Assembly (NCBI GenBank): GCA_010015805.1
Contig: ML978134.1
Span: 496,001 to 560,000 of the forward strand
DNA: 64,000 nt
Source of the DNA: Rhizodiscina lignyota
Lineage: Eukaryota
Direction: 5' to 3'
Each line of letters starts with the position of its first letter. Position 1 is the first letter of the stretch. The notes under the pieces were generated by a model. It had not been told where the DNA came from and searched no databases. It saw only the letters and a program-made list of their open reading frames with translations. The translations under genes were made by a program, and so were the position numbers. Below, one piece after another: positions 34,718 through 46,374 of the stretch.

Positions 34718-36852
34718 CTACGTACCCCTGAAAGCATCGAATCTCTTGTAGGTGTAGCCAATGAAGGGCAAGCTCATCTCCGCGCTCTCCTCGATGTCGC
34801 GCGACTGGGCCCGGACAGCAGCCTGCGTGTCCGTCTGCGGAATCTCGTCGATCGGGAAGTACTGCGTGTCGATGCTGCTCTGGAGCTTAGGCTCGAAGGG
34901 CGCGCGGATACGGCGCAGACCCACCCAGTCGACGCCACGGAAGAAGGGGTGCTGCTTGATCTCGTGCGCACCAGTAGTCTTGCCGAGACGAGTTTCGGGG
35001 TCGGTGATGAGGCTGTGATGTTTTTGTCAATTATGATGCGTGTAAAGCGGAGGAAGAATGCAAACCTTCGAATGAAGCCCTCCGCCTCCGGACCGAGCTT
35101 CTGGTCGTGCGGGAAATGAAGATAGCGCTGCCAGTCGATGATCTTGCGGTAAGTGTCGGGCGCCTCCTCGGCGCAGAACGGCGGCCAGCCAATCAAGCAC
35201 TCGAACATGATCGTGCCTACGCTCCACCAGTCGCAGGAGAAGTCGTAGCCCTTGCCAGAAAAGATCTCCGGGGCGATGTAGTCGGGAGTACCGACGGTAC
35301 TATACGCCAGCTGGCGTCGACTCTTGCGCCAGGTGTTGATCTGCGAGCGGTTGGAGACGGTGAGATTGATCTGGTCAAAGTTGATGGATTGGCGGTTGGC
35401 CATGGAGGAACGAGAGTTGCTAGATTTGGTGGTTGCGAGGAGCTGCTGGTAGTAGGAGGCATCGTGTTCCTTGTGGAAGCCGGTTGAGAGACCAAAGTCA
35501 GTGAGCTTGATGTGACCACCACGATCGAGCAGGATGTTGTCGGGCTTAATGTCACTGTTTTTCATTAGATAATGGAGAACAATGCCAATGTGACGTAAAA
35601 CGTACCGATGGATGAAGCCAAGCTTGTGGACAGCCTCGATCGCGAGAGTGAGCTCGGCCATGTAGAAGCGAGTGATGTCTTCGGTGAAGATTTCGTACTT
35701 GATGAGCATAGTCATCAGGTCACCACCAGGTAAGAACTCCATGAGCAGGTAGAGGAAGAAGCTATCTTGGAAGGTCGTGTGAAGCTTGACCACCCAGGGA
35801 CTGTCGGACTCGGCAAGAATGTCACGCTCGGCGCGGACGTGGGCGAGCTGGTCCTTCTTGTACTAGAGTAAAAGTTAGTAAGAGTACGATACATCGATTC
35901 CACTCAAGTTACAAACCATTTCGGACTTGATGAGGGATTTGAGGGCATAGGTCTTGCCGTCGTTCTTGCGCTGCACGAGCCTGACTTCACCGAAGGCGCC
36001 CTTGCCGATAACCTTGATAGTCTGGAAGTTGTCTGGCTTCTCCTTCGTGCGCAGGAAGCGGAGATACTCCCTCTCGGCCCGGCGCATCGCATTCTTCTTG
36101 CGCTCCTTGCTGCTCTCGGAGATCTTGGGGTCATTGACGTACTGCTCCAGTTCCAGTGCCCTGCAAATAGTGAGTCAATGTCGAAGTATCACGAATGTAT
36201 CCAATCCGACGAACCTTCCGTTTCGATCTCTGGCGCGCTGGACAGCATCTCGGAAGAAAGCAGTCACAAGAGTTGTCGAGACCTTCGCCTTCTTTGCCAC
36301 ATTATCAGAGTACTTTTCGGGATCCTTTGCGGGTGGAACATCATCCGTCATCGACTGTGCGGGCGATTGCGCTGGCATCGGAGGAGTGAGGAACTCGTTG
36401 TACGACGTCTGAGAGGCAGCACCAGCAGTTCGTGGTCGCTGGACGTTTGGAGACGGCTGTCGTCCATATGGGCTACCCGCCCTGGGTGTTCCTCCTCCAA
36501 GATTCTGATGCGAGAACTGGTGGACCAGGCCATTTGTACCGTCATTGTAAGGAGCGCGAGCTCCGGCAGCACCAAAGGCGGAGCCGCCGGGAGTGGGGAG
36601 ATTGTTCGACTGTTGCGCGTACTGAGGCTGATAGGGGTTGCTCATGAAGTAGCCAGCACCGCCGTAGCCATTGCCAGTCTGCTGCGTTCCCCAGACTTCC
36701 TGTTGACCGGCCTGATTGGGAAACACGGGCTGCGGGAAGGTGGAGGGGGTGGTGGGGAATTGGCGGCCAGCATCGCCGGCGAACTGGTTGCGGTTTTCGT
36801 TGAAGCCGAAATTCAGCTGCAGCCGGTTCGACGGTGGAGCGTTGGAATTCAT
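34718..36852 (-). CDS. cot-1: NDR-family Ser/Thr kinase COT-1/Cbk1, multi-exon
   Basis: [51 protein letters not shown] and C-terminal [13 protein letters not shown]-rich N-terminus. Confidence 0.95.
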
Positions 36853-37880
36853 GATGAGGTGGTAGGGAGGAGGGGGGGAATTTTCGTCGTTTTCCGGCTC
36901 CCTGAGTGAAGTGAGAGTATCTGCGACACACGACTCTATACAGTGAGGAATGTTTACATGTATTCGACAGGACGCAGTGACGCGTGCTTGGAGTGCAGAA
37001 AGCGCGAAAGGTGTTGTGGTGAAGAAGGGTGAGGGCAGGAGAGAAAGAAGAAGGTTGTTGATTTAGAGGTTGTGAGGAAAGCTTCCCCCCTTGCCCTTGC
37101 TAAATGCGGCGCTCACGCCAAAAGCAAGCACTAATCCCGCGGCTGCTCTGACTCCGCCGAGGAAGATGGCAGGCAACAGAAGAATTCAGAGGGCTGCTTT
37201 GTTGGAGGCGTGCAGTGGTGGTGGAGAGGCAGAAGAGAGGAGCATGCGGTGAGGTAGAGGCGTGCGTGCGTGTGGGAGTGAAGTGAAGTTCGGTCGGCTA
37301 GCGCGTGCAGGCCTTGGGCGTGTGAAGCGGCGGCGGCCTCCAGCTCCAGCTCCCTGAGCGGCACGGCGTTTGTGGGGTGGTGGCCCGAATGCTGGATTAG
37401 CCTCAACGCTATATCTACTTCGCCATTTACCAGCCGCCTCTAGCCTTGCACTCTGACTAGAAACATCGAGTGAATTTGTGTTTACCGTTTAACGTCTCTT
37501 GCTTGGCACGGTTTGCTGCCTGCGGTCACGTCACACGCACCGCTCCACTCGGCGCTCCCGCACGCCTTTGTTTCACACGCACCGCTCCTTTGAGGCCCAA
37601 GTCGCTTGCACGCAGAGCCGCTATAGGTGCGTGGCCAGAGTCCGTGTGCCACGATATCGTGCGTCTAAATGCTACTTCCAACAAATGAGAGGCCGCTTAA
37701 TCAGCTCCCTTCTTTAGCTCGCTGATAGGCCGCCGTCGTCGTACTTCTCCGCGCTCCAGCTATTCAAGAAGAGCTCCATCCACCATGGGCGTCATCTTCC
37801 CAGAATGTTTCTTTATGTCATTGCTTTCAGTTGCCAAGTCCGACACAATACAAGGTTCTCTATGAAATATATGTCAATAG

Positions 37881-39686
37881 ATGGCAGCCGCAGCTGGTCC
37901 CAACGACTACGAATATGCCGCTCTCGGGACCGGTCAAATCCGTCTTGTCAGGCTTATGCAGTGTACCTGCAAACATGTTTGCTGTGAAATCATATCCGTG
38001 ATGTTAGAGGAAGCTCCTGAATTTACAGCTTTGTCCTACACATGGGATGCACAAGCACGCTACCGCCCTCTGCTCATAGGAGAACCACCGCAGCAACGGC
38101 GACTGAATATGACCCCAAATTTAGAGGCCTATCTCCGAGAAACACAAGACCGAGAGGATGCCAGAAAAGTCTATGACTGGCGTTGGATAGATGCTATTTG
38201 TATCAACCAGGGTGACAAGAAAGAGAAGGGAGAACAGGTGCCAAGGATGCGAGAGATATACGGAAAAGCAGAACGCATAGACATATGGCTGGGTGCTGCT
38301 AAGTGGTACACGCATCTCGCCTTCACGTTCATGGACAACTGGAAGAGTTTGAGAGGACAAGAAGATCAATCGAAAGTGAAGCGGAACTTCACAAAGACTG
38401 ACCGTATGTTCTACAAGAAAGAACGCAGCCCAGAACGCATCCAACAGCACGAGGCCCGTATCCGCCGTCAGAATGATGACCTCGCGTCAGAAATGTTGAA
38501 GGCAATCAAGGATATGGCACGCGGGTATGAAGAATTGCTGAACCATGATTACTGGCGCAGAGTATGGGTCTTCCAGGAGATAACGACGCCAAAGTCGGAT
38601 GACAGTTTGACGGTCTGTTGTGGTAACCATCGCGCGGCCTGGAAATACTTTAAGCAAATTCAGCCCTCAAACGGCAGGCCCGACATTCACTCCAAATTCA
38701 ATTCTATCTTGACACCTGACGAGAAACGGCTCTTCGTTGAGGAGTTGGCTTTGATCGTCGACGATTTAATAGGGGCATACAATAACAACATCGAAAATTT
38801 GTCGTCCAAAAGTAGCGAAAGGGCCGGAGATGCCGGAGATGCCGATCTTGCGACGTGTGAAACCCTCGAGAGCTGTAAGGTATTGCAGGCGAGTGATCCG
38901 AGAGACAAGCTGTATGCTCTATTACAGCTCACTAAGGATAGGGGGATCATTCCCGCAAATTACGACGTCTCATTCTCTGTGGAATCCGCGTACACGAATT
39001 TCGCAGTTGCTATGATCAAAGATCACAAGAACTTGGATATCCTTGGCTGTGTCGGTATTCAATCTACCCTTAATCTTCCAAGTTGGGTACCGGATTGGAC
39101 GTCGAAGAATACTGCAAAGTACCTCGAGCGAGGCGATGGTGAGAGGCGAGAATATCATGCAGATGCTGATATCAAGGCACACCCGTGGGTCGATGATGGT
39201 ATACTTCATACCTGCGGGTTCTCCCTTGGAACTATCAGACCGCACGAGAGATCGGTGGAGCTCGATCCGGGCAGGCACTGGTACACCTTCGGTCTAGAGG
39301 GCATTTCCACGGGCGACTTGGAGACAGAAGCCCACGGCCATGGCCCTTTCCTTGCGCATCCGCTGGAGAAGTACCATGCCTTTATTCTACTCGGCAGTCA
39401 GTATCCCGTGGTCTTAATGAACACTCCGCCCCCCAATAAGCACAGGTGGTCGTTTGTAGGAGAGGCTTACATCGAAGGCGTCATGCGTGGCAACGGGTTT
39501 CTGCGATTCGTGCGCAAAGAAGTAGCAGAAAGTACCCCTGCAGGTAAATTCTCTGACTTCATTACGTGTTTGGATAATAAAATCGCGACGCATTCTGTAA
39601 TGGAGCCTGTGAAGGGGAAAGAGATAGTGGGGAAGCTTAAAGAGTTAGGCTTAAGTCTCAATTTCACGGAGGTTGAGATCATATAA
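37881..39686 (+). CDS. HET-domain protein (HET-6-like), intact 601-aa ORF
   Basis: IRLVRL, FTALSYTW, WIDAICINQGD, QVPRMREIYGKA, YWRRVWVFQE, ASDPRDKLYALL, LPSWVPDW and VGEAYIEGVMRG. Confidence 0.92.
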   Translation: MAAAAGPNDYEYAALGTGQIRLVRLMQCTCKHVCCEIISVMLEEAPEFTALSYTWDAQARYRPLLIGEPPQQRRLNMTPNLEAYLRETQDREDARKVYDWRWIDAICINQGDKKEKGEQVPRMREIYGKAERIDIWLGAAKWYTHLAFTFMDNWKSLRGQEDQSKVKRNFTKTDRMFYKKERSPERIQQHEARIRRQNDDLASEMLKAIKDMARGYEELLNHDYWRRVWVFQEITTPKSDDSLTVCCGNHRAAWKYFKQIQPSNGRPDIHSKFNSILTPDEKRLFVEELALIVDDLIGAYNNNIENLSSKSSERAGDAGDADLATCETLESCKVLQASDPRDKLYALLQLTKDRGIIPANYDVSFSVESAYTNFAVAMIKDHKNLDILGCVGIQSTLNLPSWVPDWTSKNTAKYLERGDGERREYHADADIKAHPWVDDGILHTCGFSLGTIRPHERSVELDPGRHWYTFGLEGISTGDLETEAHGHGPFLAHPLEKYHAFILLGSQYPVVLMNTPPPNKHRWSFVGEAYIEGVMRGNGFLRFVRKEVAESTPAGKFSDFITCLDNKIATHSVMEPVKGKEIVGKLKELGLSLNFTEVEII

Positions 39687-40224
39687 ATTGTCACTACAAT
39701 CTCTTCTAATTCTCTAGCCCTTGGTTAATACACATACGTATACAATTCTGCCAATCTCCGTCTACTCTTCCCTTTTCTCTTTCTCTTGCTCTTTCCTTTG
39801 CTCTCCTCTTACAGCATACTCTCAGCCCCTCAAGCGTAAATTCACATTGTTTTCGAGAACGTAGTGATGTCTTCTGTATTAATATTGAATATCACTTGGA
39901 TTGGCTAAATATGATGAGCTAATTTGAAAAAAATGCGCAGTGCGCAGATGACCTGAAACCACGGAGAGCCACAACGCGGAATGATTGGTGGCCAAATACC
40001 TATGGGCTTGCGGCTACCTGTCTGACTTTGAACTGGAATTATTCAATGGGCTTGTATCACCGCTATGCGATGACCCTTCACATCTGAACACTGACTCAAA
40101 AAAGAAAACCGAACGTATCTATCGTACCAGCCTCTACATTGTCTAGAACGCCTCTCTTCGGGCACGATGTTTCTCCAGCACGTACATCGGACGTTTGAGC
40201 ATCACCTATTCTATCCTACACATA

Positions 40225-40879
40225 TTAATCGACATCCACATGCCCACCTTCTATACCATCCCCTTCGTCCACATCGACACCGCCGCCGCCGCCGCCGTCA
40301 GAGGCAGTGGCATGACCGCCTTCGCCTTCACCCTCGTCCTCGCCGCTGCCACTACTAGATGCGCCGCCCTCACCCTCACCCTCATCCGTGGTGCCAGGCA
40401 GGCCGCCGATGAACGGTGTAATTACGCCTCCGGGCTCAGTGTCCGACCCCTCTTCATCGCCCTCGAAGCCGCTGTCCGAGCCGGAGGCCGAGATGGGCGA
40501 ATTGGGTGGCGTTTTAGGAATGCTATCTGCATCGTCGTCGCCGTCGTCGACGGCGCCGACAGGAATGGGGTCTGGAGAAGAGGTTGTAAGTATACACCGA
40601 GTAAATGAGACGATCAAATCTCTTACTCGTTGCACTGCCCGGAGGTCCGACTCCGACCTCTACGACACCGCCGATGCCATCGTCGGTGCCCGACTGCCTC
40701 TTGTACAGAAGAGCCTTGATGGCCCTCCTTTTATCGCCAGGAGCAGCCGCTTCGATCGTTTCAGCAGCGCGGCTGAGGATCACGCCCTTTCTTTCTTGGA
40801 GCACGTCTGTCGAAGGGATTGTGCGACTTGCGCCTAGAGAAACGAGCGTAGCAAAGGCAAGAAGAGCCTGGACACGCAT
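40225..40879 (-). CDS. Secreted acidic Gly/Asp/Glu-rich protein with dibasic sites, 2 exons
   Basis: Signal MRVQALLAFATLVSLGAS; KR sites in GDKRR and LYKRQ; intron 40572-40626 (GTAAGA..CAG) joins in frame to a D/E/G-rich ORF ending at 40225. Confidence 0.75.
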
Positions 40880-41614
40880 TTTGAAAGACAAAGAAAATAC
40901 TGAGAAAGAGACTTAATGGGAAAGACGTTAAGAAAAATATTGCGGGAACAAGAGGCACTACTATGAAGATGTATTATTCTGTAGATTCCATCAGGGTTTT
41001 ATAGTGGTTCCATAGCAGCTTTTGGGGTAAATGGCTGTTGCCTATGACATGAGAATCATGGCATTAAAGCTCTAAAAAAAGCACCAGCGTAGAAAATGGG
41101 GGATCGTATAATACAGCAATTAACGCTATAGTCGTAAAAGGGCTATTTGGCAGCATAGATCGAGCCTTGCCTACATTTAATTCAGCTGATTTTCAATGGT
41201 TTGAGACGAAGGAGGCGGGAGCGTGAGGAGCGACATCTGGATTCGTACAATGCTTGAATGACTAAAGAGAGGAGACTTAGAGGTTCACCAAACCAATAAC
41301 TATTCTTGATGTTTGTGTGGCAGTTAGTGTTGATCACCTTACTGACGCTTTTTGCATCATGACGACATAGGACACTCGCGATCAACTAATTATGGCTGCC
41401 GTACAACATTCATAAGTTATGCTATCTGTGAAACGCAACAGCAAGCACGAAGTGGTGAATATCGTGGATTAATTAAGGAGAGAAAACCCTGAGCACTATT
41501 CACTAAGAGGAGCGATAGAAAGTGACTCTGAAGTTCTAACCCTCAAGTTTCCTGGCCGTCGTTTTCTGGCTTCGCTCGACGTTAGAACCTTTCGTCTGTA
41601 ATATAATTATAGAC

Positions 41615-43057
41615 TTACGGTGAAGCCTCTTCACCCTCGGCCGGCTGGATCCGCCGCCTTTTCCCTAGCTCAAGGTATTCCTCGTTGTCGGTAGGAGCCT
41701 TTCTTTTCTCATGTGATGAATTCATCTCCCTAGACCTCCACTCCGCCTGCGCAATCATCTTGTATGCTGCCAACTCCGACTGCAGTCTCTTGGCTTCGTC
41801 TGCCTCGATAGTCCGAGTTCTGAGCTCTTCCTTTAAATTGCTCAACTCGTTCTCTACTCTTTGAAATTCTTTCCTCTCACGTCGCAGTTGGTCCTCAAGA
41901 TTATTAACGGTGTGTTGCACCTGCTCTCGCTCTATCTTCACTTTTTGCTTGAAGAACTCGTGATCCCAGCGACCGAGACGTAATAGCGTTATAGCTTCGT
42001 TATCCAACGAATGAGCATTTGAAAGATGATCGAGGCTTGCTTCCGGCGGACCTGACATGCATGTCGCAGCTTTAAAGACTCTGAAAGCTGAGTCGTTTAA
42101 GGACTCTAAACGGGGCCCGATGTTGCGAAGCCATTTGCCAACTTTATCACCGGGTTCCTGGGGTTCGCAGGACGTCGAGTCTGCTTCAACCTCAATCTCC
42201 CCAATCTCGGACGACTCGGACGACTCTGGACGGATCTCAGAATTCTCCCAGGCCACAACTTGATCGGCTTGGCTCTCGGGATCATATTTAGCGTCCTTAG
42301 CAACATCTGACAACTCCAAAGAGGATTCGCACGGGGTTGTCGAATGCCATTTACAGTCTGGCGGCGCTATACCGTCGAACCAGATCTTGCAGTGAGGACA
42401 GTAGCCATATTCAACCTCCCAGGCACATTGCAAGCAGCGATATATGGCATCGTTCTCGTCTCGAATCGGGATCATCCCGTTTCTTTTCAGGAAATCGTAT
42501 TCTTTCGGTTGGGACTCAGTCAAATCTGGAAGCGGCTCGGTCTCCCAATCGTACGGGTCGAGCAGGTCCGCAGTAGTGAGTGCTTCATCGTCTTCATCGA
42601 CCCAGCTGTTGGTGCTACCCGTGCCATTACTGACAAACGAATTCGCGTCCGACGCGGCGTCATCCTCCTGTGCGTCTGTTGAGGGTCTGCTAGCGAGTGG
42701 ATTGTTGGGCATTGGCCCGCTGGATGGAGCAGGCTCGTCGTCGCTTGATGATAGTTCTTCGGACGTTACGCTTAGACGTGTGTCATCGCTGCGAAAAGTG
42801 CCGTCGTCGGACCCTTCTGGTGGGCTCTGAGGCGCAACGTTGTCGTCGGGCATCCATGCCGGGGGAAGCCATTCCTCCGACGGGTCTGCTACGTGCTGAT
42901 GCTCAGGGTCAATACGATCGGCAGATGTGTCTGACAGCGCCGCTGCTGAAGACCTGGATTTGTTAGTGCATGACGCAAAACACGGTGGACAGGAAATTGT
43001 ATACCGTTCACCCATTGTGAGATCGACTATTCCCAACGTTCTAAGCGCCTCGTCCAT
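41615..43057 (-). CDS. Uncharacterised acidic protein with a CxxC-x8-CxxC motif and C-terminal coiled coil
   Basis: 480-codon ORF with a probable in-frame 51-nt intron at about 42954-43004; YRCLQCAWEVEYGYCPHC; heptad-rich E/K/R segment; KRK and KRRR NLS-like motifs. Confidence 0.75.
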   Translation of the reverse strand: MDEALRTLGIVDLTMGERYTISCPPCFASCTNKSRSSAAALSDTSADRIDPEHQHVADPSEEWLPPAWMPDDNVAPQSPPEGSDDGTFRSDDTRLSVTSEELSSSDDEPAPSSGPMPNNPLASRPSTDAQEDDAASDANSFVSNGTGSTNSWVDEDDEALTTADLLDPYDWETEPLPDLTESQPKEYDFLKRNGMIPIRDENDAIYRCLQCAWEVEYGYCPHCKIWFDGIAPPDCKWHSTTPCESSLELSDVAKDAKYDPESQADQVVAWENSEIRPESSESSEIGEIEVEADSTSCEPQEPGDKVGKWLRNIGPRLESLNDSAFRVFKAATCMSGPPEASLDHLSNAHSLDNEAITLLRLGRWDHEFFKQKVKIEREQVQHTVNNLEDQLRRERKEFQRVENELSNLKEELRTRTIEADEAKRLQSELAAYKMIAQAEWRSREMNSSHEKRKAPTDNEEYLELGKRRRIQPAEGEEASP

Positions 43058-43715
43058 GATGGTAAAGGTGAAAGAAGAATCAATCGGATCTTACACCTCC
43101 TCAATGGAGAAAGGGAGACTGTCACTTCGCTGTGTCATGGTGCGCGTCGCTCGTCCCTGACATCCACAGGAGGCATACAGGGGTAACCGCGTCGGTTCGC
43201 ATGCCTCCTGGTGAAAAGCCATCTACTTGACATGTTCTGGACGTTTCGGCTTGAAAAGTATAGCTCAAATTACTGTGTTTGGGCAAAGCGTGTGGCTTCA
43301 AGCTAGCAGGCATGCGAACCGACGCGGTTACCCTCTCTTCTACCTCTGTATGATGAGAAGTTTGTGGACACTTTTGAATTGGTTATTCCATCACAACGAA
43401 TAGATAGAATCCTTAGAAATCTTACCAGAAATCCCAGATTACCGTAAAATTGTCCAAAAGCTAATTTATATTCAATTTTAATATATGTATTGCCTACATT
43501 CCTAAATGTTCGTGGCCATACCAAGAACTAAAGTGTCCACAGACTTCTTATCCCATACCAGGGATACCGAATGGAAACATTCGACTGATCCTCGACATGG
43601 CTGTACTTTTAACTCTCACATGCTGTAGACACCAAGGCCTGGAAATCATCATTGTTCTCAAGCCCTTAGTTGATGTGATTTATACATGTATATTAACAAT
43701 TCTCGAATCCACCAC

Positions 43716-44774
43716 CTACTCTGGCTTATCGGTTCTCATCTCTTTGCCCTCCTCTTCTAGCATGCCCTTCCGTCCCTCAAGCGTAAAATATACACTCCTC
43801 CCAATCCCTTCCAAACTACTCGTTACACCAGCTCCACAGCTCTGCAACAGTGCAACGAGCTGTGCCCTCAGACCATCCAAGCCGCCTTCAATGCCTCCAA
43901 CCCATCTCACACCCGCATCGTCGAACACCCGTCCTTCCACCCTCGCGCCCAGCAGCATCAGCTTCTGCAGCCCCGCCTGTACCGCAGGCTCGTGATACGT
44001 CGGATTTGCTCGCCGCTTAGGCGCTGCGAACTGCTTGTTCGGCGCGAGCGTGCGCAAGACGGCTGCGAGGTGCGCAGGTGAGAGAGCGGGGAAAGCTACG
44101 AGTGCTAGGGGCCCAGAGAGGAGAGGCTCGAGGTCGTGACGTGCGGTGCGGTTCGCGCGGGCGGCGTTGTAGGCTGTTCTTGAGAGGGAATGGGTGAAGT
44201 GTGGGTCGTCTTTCGCGACTGTGATGTCTGGTATCGATGCGGAGGTTGGCGTTGCGGGATCTGTTGGGTGCGCTGTTGGCGCTGAGGGCACCTCGGAGGG
44301 ATTGTAGAATTCCACGATCCGTAGAGCTGCGGCGAATATGCCAGTCTGGATGATCTGGATCTTGATGCTGTCCGCAAGCTCTTCTCTAGGTGCATCTGGC
44401 TTTTCATCCGCGAGCTGCTCATCTACTTTCCTCAGCGCACTGGCAAGCTCGCGTCGTATGCCCATCCATTCTGGCGAAGTGAGGTTGTTATGTTGGAAGA
44501 GGAGTATTAAGGGTGCGGAGCGCAGAAGGGAGGTGTACTGTCGGTGGAGCTGAGATTTGCGGAACTCTGGTGGCTTATGAGAAGGCGGTTGGGTAGTAGG
44601 GAAGCGCTGGATTGGTGGAGGAGAGTGTAGAGTAGCTTCAATGGATGGTGAGGGTGTTATTGCTGCCGCGGCAGCTGCTGAAGCATATCTGCATTGATGT
44701 GCTCGATGTGAGGTCGAAGGTTGCAGAGGAGTTCGGAGGCGCTGGAGTCGCATTCGTAATCGTGGAGGCGGCAT
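43716..44774 (-). CDS. Mitochondrial ribosomal protein uL10m
   Basis: Arg-rich presequence; RKSQLHRQYTSLL, LLFQHNNL, PLLSGPLA, LLGARVEG and LDGLRAQLVALL, as in fungal uL10m (yeast Mrpl11-like). Confidence 0.85.
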   Translation of the reverse strand: MPPPRLRMRLQRLRTPLQPSTSHRAHQCRYASAAAAAAITPSPSIEATLHSPPPIQRFPTTQPPSHKPPEFRKSQLHRQYTSLLRSAPLILLFQHNNLTSPEWMGIRRELASALRKVDEQLADEKPDAPREELADSIKIQIIQTGIFAAALRIVEFYNPSEVPSAPTAHPTDPATPTSASIPDITVAKDDPHFTHSLSRTAYNAARANRTARHDLEPLLSGPLALVAFPALSPAHLAAVLRTLAPNKQFAAPKRRANPTYHEPAVQAGLQKLMLLGARVEGRVFDDAGVRWVGGIEGGLDGLRAQLVALLQSCGAGVTSSLEGIGRSVYFTLEGRKGMLEEEGKEMRTDKPE

Positions 44775-45060
44775 TGTGACAAAAAGGAGATAAGAAGGTT
44801 ATGCCTGTGAATCACAAGCTTAAGATGCGTCAGAATACGCCTGTACTGCTAATTGGCGCGTGCTGGTAAAAAGTTACAGTTTGTCGTCCTGTCGAGCTCG
44901 TCCCAAAAGTTCGGCATGCCGACGGAGAATTCCGCGAACGCTGTATTACGGTGTCACTAGCAAACAGTCATGATTTTCTACATTTCCAAGCAATTGACTT
45001 GGAACTGGTTAATATGATACCGAAAATTGTCTAGAAGAAGCCAATTGACAATACCCCAAG

Positions 45061-46374
45061 ATGTCAACGTCTGCGCTTCCTCCAAAAGAGGACGATATCA
45101 CTTCCATTCTTCCTCTCCTCAAGCGCTTGTGGCCCGATCCCGCGAAGGAGTCTGTCACAGCGGAAGAAATCGCTCTTGCCATCTCTCACATCTTCACCAA
45201 TTCCCTATCACCTGTCCAGACTGGCGCACTACTAACATGTCTTCACTTCACTGGCTGGGATCGTCGTGCCGATGTTCTATCAAAATGCTCACAGGTCATG
45301 TGTGAGGCGGCTGCACAGGTGGACCGTCAGAGAATCCGTGATGTCCTTTCAAGTAAGAGCAAGGAGAGCATAGAAGGGGAGTATCACGGCGGTTTGTGTG
45401 ATATTGTTGGCACCGGGGGGGATTCGCACAACACTTTCAATGTCTCAACAACGTCTTCTATTGTTGCCTCGTCTTTTCTACGCATTGCGAAGCACGGCAA
45501 CAGAGCATCAACATCGAATTCTGGATCCGCAGATCTTCTGAAGGCAATGTCTCCACTCCCACCTATCCTTGAAGCTGTCACTCCTACAACGCTACCTCAG
45601 ATCTACGCAAAGACGAACTATGCCTTCCTCTTTGCCCCTGTCTTCCACCCTGGAATGCGCTACGTAGCGCCAATCCGTAAGGAGCTTGGATGGCGAACGA
45701 TCTTCAATCTTCTGGGACCGCTATCCAATCCGTTGGATGCGATCTCCGCTGATGCTCCGTCGCTAATATCCAGGGAAGCAGAGCCCTCACTTCTCGAAGC
45801 GCGCTTAATTGGCGTTGCGAGACGAGACATCGGCCACACATTCGCGGATGCGCTTAGGAAGAACGGCAACCGGAAGGCCCTGGTAGTCTGCGGAGATGAG
45901 GAGATGGATGAGATCAGTCCCGCAGGCAAGACGCACTGCTGGATGCTGGTCGATAAGTCAACTGGTGGTGAATCGTCAGATGACGAAGACATCGAAGACA
46001 TCGAGATAGCGAATTTCACGCTGGAGCCGAGCGATTTTGGTCTATCAAATCATCAACTCTCCGAAGTGTCTCCCGGGAAGTCGCCAAAGGATAATGCCCT
46101 GATACTCGAGAATCTGCTGGCGGGCAAACTGCCGGACGACCATCCGATCATGACGTTCGTGCTACTCAATACAGCAGCGCTCCTTGTCGTCAGTGGCTTA
46201 TGCGAGACTGATTTGAGCGCGCATTGCGAAGGCGAGGTTGTTACGGAACGAGGTCCAGGAGGAGGCCGGTGGAAAGAAGGTGTGAGGAGAGCTAGGTGGG
46301 CAATAAGCAGTGGAAAGGCAAAGGATATGTGGGAGAGCTTTGTCCAGGTTACGAATGAAGTAGGCTCTGCTTGA
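45061..46374 (+). CDS. TRP4: Anthranilate phosphoribosyltransferase
   Basis: DIVGTGGDSHNTFNVST, KHGNRASTSNSGSAD, FLFAPVFHP and RKELGWRTIFNLLGPL. Confidence 0.96.
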   Translation: MSTSALPPKEDDITSILPLLKRLWPDPAKESVTAEEIALAISHIFTNSLSPVQTGALLTCLHFTGWDRRADVLSKCSQVMCEAAAQVDRQRIRDVLSSKSKESIEGEYHGGLCDIVGTGGDSHNTFNVSTTSSIVASSFLRIAKHGNRASTSNSGSADLLKAMSPLPPILEAVTPTTLPQIYAKTNYAFLFAPVFHPGMRYVAPIRKELGWRTIFNLLGPLSNPLDAISADAPSLISREAEPSLLEARLIGVARRDIGHTFADALRKNGNRKALVVCGDEEMDEISPAGKTHCWMLVDKSTGGESSDDEDIEDIEIANFTLEPSDFGLSNHQLSEVSPGKSPKDNALILENLLAGKLPDDHPIMTFVLLNTAALLVVSGLCETDLSAHCEGEVVTERGPGGGRWKEGVRRARWAISSGKAKDMWESFVQVTNEVGSA

